NCBI RefSeq assembly: GCF_009914755.1
Contig: NC_060927.1
DNA length: 64,000 bases
Source of the DNA: the human T2T-CHM13v2.0 reference genome, Homo sapiens
Direction: 5' to 3' (one strand)
Under the pieces are notes generated by a model. It worked only from the letters and a program-made list of their open reading frames with translations, was not told the DNA's origin and made no database searches. This document shows, piece after piece, positions 54,587 through 64,000 of this stretch (positions are counted from its first letter, which is position 1; every line of letters starts with the position of its first letter). A program made the translations under genes and the position numbers.

Positions 54587-57500
54587 TACACATATACTTT
54601 CCTACCAGCAGACTAAATCCAGCTAGTTCCTGAAAGGCGTTTATTTTGAGAATCACTATTGTTTTATTTTACTACATTTGTTTGGAGACTTTTTAAAAAT
54701 GACTATATGCAAAGAAATAGCAACTGCATCTGCAATCTCTAGCAGCAGCCCTTCCTTACGAGACTGTGTAGGGCATTTGTGGGTGTTGTTATTGTTGTTG
54801 TTGCAATCTAGCTAATAAAGGCTTTCTCTTACACAAGAGAATTTTGACAGGGTTGACTCCAGACAGCTTTCCAGCTGAGGTCTGGGGCCTTGCTGAACTT
54901 TCAAAATTTTCCCATTTGAGCTGCATCAAAGTGAAGGAAATTCAAGGATCACTAACGTCTCAGATGGTAGCACTTGCCCTAACAACGAAGGTTCAGGAAT
55001 TCTTTGGAGCAGGCTGAGGTCATTTTTCTCCCCTTTTCTCCTAATGCTTTTCTCTATTAATCAGAGCTCAGAGCTCAGATTGGTCTTCAACTTCCTCCCA
55101 ATCCTTGCTAAGCCTGTCATTTCTAGCTATTATTTACTTTAATGGACTTTGGCTGATCCCTTATGAAGCTTTGGATCTGAGAATAATAAGGCTGGAGAGC
55201 AACGGGCATAGACATGGGTGTGGGTTTGCCTGCAGATTAACCGTGGCAGATGGGCTTTATTGCGGTTTCCTGTGTACTGAGCGTTGATTGAGAGGGTATA
55301 ATGAGAGAGGTGGTGTCTACACAATGGTCACAGCCACTTCATTGCACTTTGCGTCTAAACAACCCCATTTTTCTAAATCTTTGGGTTGTGAAATTTTAGG
55401 AAGTCAGAGCACAAGAACAAGTACAAAAACAACTGTAAATAACCATGAATGTTAATCCAACACTAATTGGTCCCTTCTTTCAGTATGAGTCCATTTTGCT
55501 CAGTTTTTAAAATTCTGGGTAAATTAATGGCAAAGATAGTTAAAATGTTCTTGCATTAGGTGGTTTTGGATGAAATAGTGAGCAACATGCATTTTCTGTG
55601 TATGTGTTTTTTGTTTGAGTTTTTGGTTTGTTTGTTTAGTTAAATATATGCTATATTTGATTATTGCCACAGACAACAAATGCTTAAGCTGTAATTATTT
55701 CTATGCTTTGGGAGTTATGTTGGAGATACATTTTGAGGTAAATTATCAACTAGAGAATATTTTTAAAAATAACATCAGGGCAATTGTTTTCTTTCTGGCT
55801 TAGTAAAGAAAAATGTACTTTTCTTTATTTCTTGCATTTGATGCAAGTTTCTGCTCAGTTGCAACTCGCTATGCAATTAAAACATTTTTGTCACGGGTGC
55901 TATCTAAAGTTATTTTACATATTCTTAATTTTTAAGATTTTACTTAATTCCTCCTTTTCATCAATGGATTAAATCACAACTATTGATTCTTTTCTTCTTT
56001 TGGGGCTTTACCCATCTGTCTTAATGCTTTCATCCTACACCCCTTGGTCTCAGAGGGGTGTTCTGAAAGTGAACCGCCAAAACCTGGAGAAGACTCTAGG
56101 TCAAGTTTGTGTACAAGAGTTTAAATTTTTAGTGACAGTCCTCTCTCACGGCCGCCTGAAAGTTTCCACACAGAACTGCACAAGCGAGCACCACCAATTA
56201 TCCTCCTCCTTTGAAAACCATTATCAAGTTTTTCAAAACTTCTTTCATTTCACTGTTGTCAGTCAGTGAAAAGGAAACTAACCACCATGTCAAGACAACT
56301 CAGCTGCCTAGCAACGCAGGGCCACATTTTAATTCTGACTTGCTTCTGGTCTTGACTAATAGAAAGTGACTATGTTAAGCCAGTCACAAGAGTTGTTTGT
56401 CACTTCTGAAATGCAAACAAAACTATATTGTTTTCCAAAGTATTGGGTGTGATTGATGTAAAGATTTACAGTAACATCATTCATTTTCTCTTGTGTTTTA
56501 GTAGGATTGATGTCATATCTTTTCATGCTTTATTAAATACTTTAAAAGAGCTCAAAAAACATGACGCTTTTTGTCCTTTAAAGAGTCTAAAGAGGGGTTT
56601 TTCTTTCCAGTGAACTAGGCTCTAACAACTTGTGAAATTTAATGAATCTATTCAACTAGTGTCAGTCACATCAATAAATAATTTAATAAGAAACCACCAT
56701 CCGTGAAGGAGAATGCAATTTAAACAATCAGAGAGAAACAGACCAGACCAAGGTCAACATTATGGGGTTGGGGGAGGAAAAATTGAGCTTTTAAGTCATG
56801 AGTCTTAGAGTTTGGTTTATCAGATTTTCCCACAGCCCTGTATTCTTGCTTTTGGTAATAAAAGCTGCAAGTTTCTACTAGTGCAATTCCAATGTTAAAT
56901 CTTTTCAGGCATAATGTGGAGATATATATAGCAAAAGCACAGTTTTTACATCCCCTAAATTCATATAAAATGGTTATTCAAATTGAGAAATTGTATCTGC
57001 GCTTGAATGTACTTCTGCTCCAGTTGACTGGGAGCCAATTAATAACGTGTAAGGTATCCACTATTTTAAATATTCCCTAAAATTGCTGATATGTCTAGTA
57101 TTTTATATAAAAATATAGTGAAACTTCATTTAGTAGGAATGTGCCAATTTATATGATTTATATATATGTAAATGAGAAAACGGTAATGTTCTCCTCCAAA
57201 AGAATGTAAGATCTGAGTAGTAAAGAGAAATTACAAGCATTAATTATAATTTTCTTGTGATACAATATTCTAAGCAGTAACTCAATAATCATTTAACAAA
57301 ATGTTTATTAAAAATTATAGCTTAAAAAGGTCAGAATGATAATAAAAATAAGCTGGGTGTCACCATCACGGAAAGGCAGTAGAAAGTTTTTTCTTTCAAT
57401 TCTGAAAATAATTCAGAATTAAGAGATTGTCTGTTTTCTTAAAACATTACTCATATTCTAAATTGGGATCTAATGATTAAGTAGGACAGAAAAGAGATAG

Positions 57501-57769
57501 TTTAAAACTTGTTAAAACATAATAAATATATGTTTTAAGATGAATAACAAGCATTGCATATGAAGAAGAATGATTGATGTTAAGGAAAAGAGATTATTTT
57601 ATCTTGAAATGAATAGAAATCTTAAAGAGCTTTAAAAGACTTAATTCATTAGCTATATTTTGTCTAATTAGCCTATATCAACACTGAATATAAACTCAAA
57701 GAATATGATTTTTATTCAAAACAGAAGTGGTTTAGGTTCCATTTAAGATTTTTTTTGAAATTATTACAT

Positions 57770-58230
57770 TCTGGTAGCACTGTGATGTATTGAAATATGT
57801 CTAGCTTTGGATGTCAAATCTGGGATTGGGACCCATTTGCCCTGTCAAACAAGGGCAAATTATTACCATCCTGGAGCGTCACTTTTTTCACCTATGAATG
57901 AGGATAAGAACATGTTCTTCATGGGCTATTGGGGTGATGAGAATATCTGGCTCATCAAAGGACTCAATATAAGTATAGGTAGTAATAGGAATGGTAGAAC
58001 ATGTTGCTTAAACACTCACATTCACAAACTAAGCTGCCTTGGTACTAGCTGTGTGACCTTGAGCAAATGGCTTCCACTTTTTGGATCATCAGTAACTTCA
58101 TCTGTAAAATGAGGCCAATAATAGTACCTATATCTTAAGGTAAGTGTAGATGTTAACCAATTTATGCCAAAATATTGCATATAAAGAAATTTAAAAGCAC
58201 TTACTCATAATTGCAGGTGATCAAATAACC
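57770..58230 (+). mobile_element. Two tandem MIR copies
   Basis: 'gctttggatgtcaaatctggg...cacctatgaatgaggataag' and 'tactagctgtgtgaccttgagcaaatgg...tcatctgtaaaatgaggccaataatagtaccta'. Confidence 0.85.
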
Positions 58231-58681
58231 AATGCTAGTGTTCATATTATAATTATGCTTGTGTTAATGTTATTTTTCTCAGATGTTAAAAATAAATAAT
58301 TTAGCTCCTCCCATTTTTTTTTAATGATAAACCAAAATTAAAGGCTTTGTTTCCAGATTGGTAAGTAGACTTAACTACCAAAGTCCATTCCATAACAGAA
58401 GAAATGGAAAGATATAAGTAAGCTTTTAAAATATGGATTATTTTATCTGAATTAGTTTTTAACCAGATATTGTCTTGAAATATAATGGAGCATTACTGTA
58501 GCATGTCTTGGCAAAACTTAAGATTTTCCAGCTCTACATCAAAGGTGCTTTGTCAACTAAGTCTAATTATTTTATAAAGTCAATTATTATGTGGTACCAG
58601 TAATTATTATGTGGTACCAAGAGACAATAGTAGGCACAAAATCTGAAAGCTTGAAGCCCAGTCTTAGTTTTCTCAGAATTT

Positions 58682-59035
58682 CCAGTAGAAGCACATATTT
58701 ATGAGCTGAAAGCAGCCTATGGACATGTTTTGTTTGTGCTACACAGAGTTTTAAATTATGATTATTGAATTGACAACTTCTGAACTTTAGATTTTCCATT
58801 AAAATCCAGATTCCTAGGTGCTCTTTAAAAATCAGAAAGATGGCAAGAGTGAAACTGCTGTAGCAGTGTTGGGTAGCGGCTGAGTTGCTGTGGGTTTTTT
58901 TTTTTTATGAGGTCTGAATTCTCTACTTCATCTTTGTCAACAGTGCTTTCTCCATGTACTGTGAAACACATCCATCTGGATCCACCTATTTAAGCTACAT
59001 GCCTAGCCTCCAGAGTCATCCAGACTTTTAGCATA
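58682..59035. mobile_element. MER102-like hAT-Charlie element
   Basis: 'gacatgttttgtttgtgctacacagagttttaaa...taaaatccagattcctagg...aaaaatcagaaagatggcaa...ctacatgcctagcctcc' follows the recalled MER102 consensus. Confidence 0.7.
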
Positions 59036-61738
59036 AGAACTCAAATGAGAAATCATGAAGAATGCATTAACTGAATCCAACATCACCTACAGGACCCTGG
59101 GCCCATTGCACTTTGTAATTGTATTACTTTTCTTCTGGTTATCTTCATAGGATCTTAGGTATACTCTCTCTGAAAAGTGTTAAAGACAACTTCTCCCTGG
59201 GCCTGAGAATAAATTATCTTTTTCCTATCGCTGTATATTTTTGTTTGTTTGTCTCGTTTTTTTGTTTTTTGTTTTTTCCTGGCTGGATAGGGAAGTGATC
59301 AAGCCACAAGTGAGGAGCTGCAGTGGCCCATGAACAATACATAGGTCCATCTCCTGGAACTTGTGACCACTCGCCCAGGATCGCACTCATGACCACAACA
59401 AAGATGATGGCTTTTCTGTTTCTCCGGCTGCACCACATCAGACACCTGTGGCAAATATTGAGGCAACACTATGTGAAGTCTGACTAGTGACTCTTAGAGA
59501 CTCCAACTAATGGCTTCTCTGGGAGGGATAAAATAGGGCACATGAAATTATCTTGTTGAGAATACATAGGTATGTTTATAGACTCACATATATTTCATTT
59601 ATAAATATAAAATTATTTTAGACTGAGTTACAATTTTTATGGTAAAAATAAGTAGAATAATAGCATTTAAATAATACTTTTAAACTTTTTCATATTCTTT
59701 CCTAAATACCTTGATTAACATTTATTTGGTAACATTATTTGTCCCATTCTTTAAAAAGAAGGAAAATAGGCTATGAGAAAGTAAGTACATTCAAGTTCCA
59801 ATTATTCTTAATATGTTGTATCATAGTATTTCATTTGCATCAAAGTCAGTTACACAGCAAACTAACCAACTGCACAAACAAAAATAATAATATGAAAGTA
59901 GAAATTTACATTTGAAACTCTTAACTACCATCGGTACCAAATATACTTTTGGTTATCTTGTCAAATTATAGGGATGAGTGGCTGAGACCATGCAGGTATG
60001 TTCGGTAGGGTTGAATGGAGTGTTAGAGTGTTGCTATTGGCCTTGAAATAGATTGATTTTTTTTTCTTTTTTTTGCCTTCTACCTGGGATCATGGTCTCT
60101 GCCTTACTTGCACAGGGTCCTCATTATCAAAGCAGATTATCTGGCTCATATTACACAATATGTTAAATAGCTTACTTCTTTAAATATACACACTTTCACC
60201 ATATTCAAATGTGAATACTCAGAGCTTAAAAACACTCATGAGATTTTATTAAAAACAATTTCAATTAAAAATAAAATTGTGTTTTAACCTTTATGTGTTT
60301 CCCAGGTCTTTTTTAAAAAATAAGTATTCTTATTTAACAGTATATAATACTATTAACCAATAAGTTTAAAGTAAGTATCTGTTTAAGGAAATTTCTTCAT
60401 AAGAAAATATACTAAATTTTCATATGATGCCTAGCTGCACTTTTTTTTTTTTTTTTTTTTAGTGCTGTGTTCATTTCCTGTCACAAGATGTTAACCTCAA
60501 AGAAACATTTGGTATCACTGAAATGGCTTTAAACATCACTTTTCAAGCCACAGAAATTGTTTTTGTGATAGTATGCCTGTTGAATACCATTGCCAGAATA
60601 TTTAATCACACTTGTCATGACAGATGCAAACACAGGAAAATAGTCTTGATATAAGAAAAAGATTTCTAAAGATTTCAATATCCACTCAATAGGTTAGCTT
60701 TTAAAGCTTATATCTACATCTAGATATAGAATCCCTATTCCCAAATTTAATCTAGACATTCTTTAAAATGAAACATAAAGGAGTCTGTCTAATTTCTCAT
60801 TTGGAAAGAAAAATGTGAAATAAAAGACATGAAAATTATTTGTGAGTGGGATGATGATTCCGGATGGAGGCTTTTGTGCATAAATAGTTATAACCATTCA
60901 TAGACTCTAGATTTGGAAGACATTTGGAAATCATGTAGTGCAACTTCACAAACAGTGGGGAGACAGCCCTCTAAGTCATCCCCCACCCCAGTGGGTTGCT
61001 CTTTCTGGCTCCTTCCAATAAGGGGAAGCTCTCTCTCTCTCTCTCTTTTTTTTTTTTTTGGAATTATGTTTCCTTGAACTGCTTCAGATGGATTTTTGGG
61101 TGAGCCAAAGTTTCCTTTCTCTGGCTTCCTAAGTCTCTCTTTACAGCTATATGGCTTCAATACAAGGAAGGTGGAACAAAAAAATTTTCAGAGCCATCGG
61201 TCATGCCACCATTACGAAAATCTAATGTGATGTTTCACCAACAGCACACATTCAATAGTTACAAATGAATATTAATACATAAAGTTAAGATTGTTCTGCA
61301 TCTAGGGCTTATTTGTTTCAAGGTAATTGTAATAATGTCATTTTCCTCCTTCACCTTGCCTAAAGAGTCCTGTTAATGGAAGGACAGGATAACAATCCCT
61401 AAGAATGTCAAATCCCTATTCAATCACTATTCTGCTTCTTCTTCCCTTTGCTTCAAAATCTAACCATATCTCCTTATGCTCACCAACAGATGGGGCCAAA
61501 TTAGGGTTTTTTTGGGAGGTGGTGGTGAGTGCATACATACGTTTGAATCATTCACAGTGGTGAAAGGGAGAAGGAAACTCAAAGCTTCAAGCTCATTTTA
61601 TCCTTTAAAATGACATTGAGGCCACCAGAGTTGGCTGAGCCCTGTGCAGCCCCAGTCAGGACCTGCTGAAGGTAGCTGTGCTTCTGTTTTCTGTCGTTTA
61701 TAAAAAATTATCTTCTTGTCAAGATATCCTCAGGTCAT

Positions 61739-62160
61739 TATTTAGTTTAATGAACATTTCAGAATGCCTAGTAGATGTTAGGCATTTCATCAAGTACTGG
61801 GAATAAAAAGTGAATGAGACATAAACCTCAACCTGAAGTTGTTCACAACCCATTGAAAAAGAAGAACATATAAACAAATACTTTTGATTTAAAAAAAGAC
61901 CTTAAATAGAGATTAGCACACGAGGTTATCTACAGGAACAGCACATGACTATCACAGATGGGGTTAAATGAGGGGTTCACAGGGTAGTTGATAATTTAGT
62001 ACAGCAACTTGAGTGTAGTCCAAGGACATTAGGAGGAAACACATCTGTAAAGGTCTGATGGTATTTAAGAATAGAATGCATGCTGGAGGAATAGCAAATG
62101 ATCAGCATGGCTGAAGCAACATAGAGAATGCTGATAGAAATTTGATTAGGTTGAAAAGGT
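61739..62160 (-). mobile_element. L2 3' fragment
   Basis: 'aatgcctagtagatgttaggcatttcatcaagtactgggaataaaaagtgaatgagacata...ataaacaaata...cagcatggctgaagca'. Confidence 0.7.
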
Positions 62161-62459
62161 TTATTTTAAGGTTATTAACATAAAGTAATAGTTTCCATTA
62201 GCAACAAGTTATTTTAGTCAGACTATAAATATACATTTTTTAAAAAATAGGTTGAGTTAAACAAAAGAGCTTGTTGAATGTTTTTTCTAGGAGTATACTT
62301 TGCCCAAGAAAATGTTTATTTACATGTGAAAGAGGATAATGCTAGAGGATCAGCTAATTGGTAACACATATATTACATACAAATTTTAGCTAAATAGATG
62401 AATTTTGTGATGTTTTTAATAGTAATAAAAAATTCCATCCTGTTTACCATAAATAGAGG

Positions 62460-63125
<666 letters not shown>

Positions 63126-63790
63126 GGTTAACACTCAAGGGATAAAATAAACTCTCTAGTTGTAATAAAGACCGTTTTCAAACAGTGATTCCCAGTTCAG
63201 TCTTCAAAATGTAGATAAAGCAGTAGAATAATGTCAAGGTGTTTCAATTAGTCTTTGGACCCAACACTCAATGTGGCTGTCCTTATGGTGGTCTGACTAG
63301 GTATTATTCGGTCCATGTAATACCATAAGGACAATTCTGTCCAGAAAGTAGCTTCTGTGGTTAGATAAATTTGGCCAACAAGAAAGCATTGGTTGAAGTC
63401 CTCTGTAATCTTCTAACACTTATTGCATGTGTATAGTTTTAGGTACAACTTATTGTTCAATTATTTACTTTGGTTTAATAATTATAAATGATAAAAACAT
63501 ATACTTTATGCATTTATCACTGTAGCAATTATCTCAATGGATTCTATCATCCATGCTTTACTTGGAAGACTTGCCAAACATTTTTCTGATTTATTTTACT
63601 TTATTTTGTTTAGATTGAAAATTTTACTATTTCCACTGAGCAAATAAACAACAAATAGTTGTTTTTTGTCATTTAAGAGAAAATTATCTTCTTGTCAAGA
63701 TGTCCTCAGGTCATCAGATAAATTCGAATGTGTTTTATAGTGATTTTGAAATATTATAATCAAAATAGTCCCTCTTTTAAACAGATTTAA

Positions 63791-63795
63791 ATATA

Positions 63796-63834
<39 letters not shown>
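63791..63834. repeat. (TG)n(TA)n compound microsatellite
   Basis: Read directly from the sequence. Confidence 0.95.
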
Positions 63835-64000
63835 TTGATTTTTAAATGGAATCCTTGCATCTACTTCCATGACAATTTTTGAAAAATAAGAATTTTCAAA
63901 TATGATTTATCATATTCCACACGTGTCTCAAAAATGAGCATCAGTACTTGATAGAGCAAGTACTATTAAAATGTTACTTCACTTCTGAGTGCTTTTTTGG

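Noticed and set aside
61482-61640. CTCF-like motifs (ccaacagatgggg, ccaccagagttggc)
   Set aside because: Both mismatch core consensus positions and cannot be supported without ChIP data.

Overview
AT-rich, CpG-poor primate (human-like) genomic DNA, most likely deep intron or gene desert. I can support no intact protein-coding gene, tRNA, rRNA or CRISPR array. The listed ORFs are short and are either random or decayed L1/Alu translations. Recognisable content is mostly transposable elements: six Alus (AluS/AluY types), two short young L1PA 3' stubs with target-site duplications (TSDs), long old L1MD-like and L1MC-like copies, MLT1 and MER50 solo LTRs, DNA transposons (Charlie, Tigger3a, Tigger4b, MER63, MER102, MADE1), MIR and L2 fragments, and microsatellites. 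Family and subfamily names come from recalled consensus sequences, not a database search. The most notable observations are an Alu with a twin-priming-type 5' inversion (17298-17649), an unexplained ~54-bp direct repeat 2 kb apart (61686 and 63661), a three-level TE nest, a full-length MADE1 hairpin (miR-548-type), a CpG-retaining Z-DNA-prone tract, and a candidate 15-nt microexon. I found no convincing new biological system and could not identify the locus.
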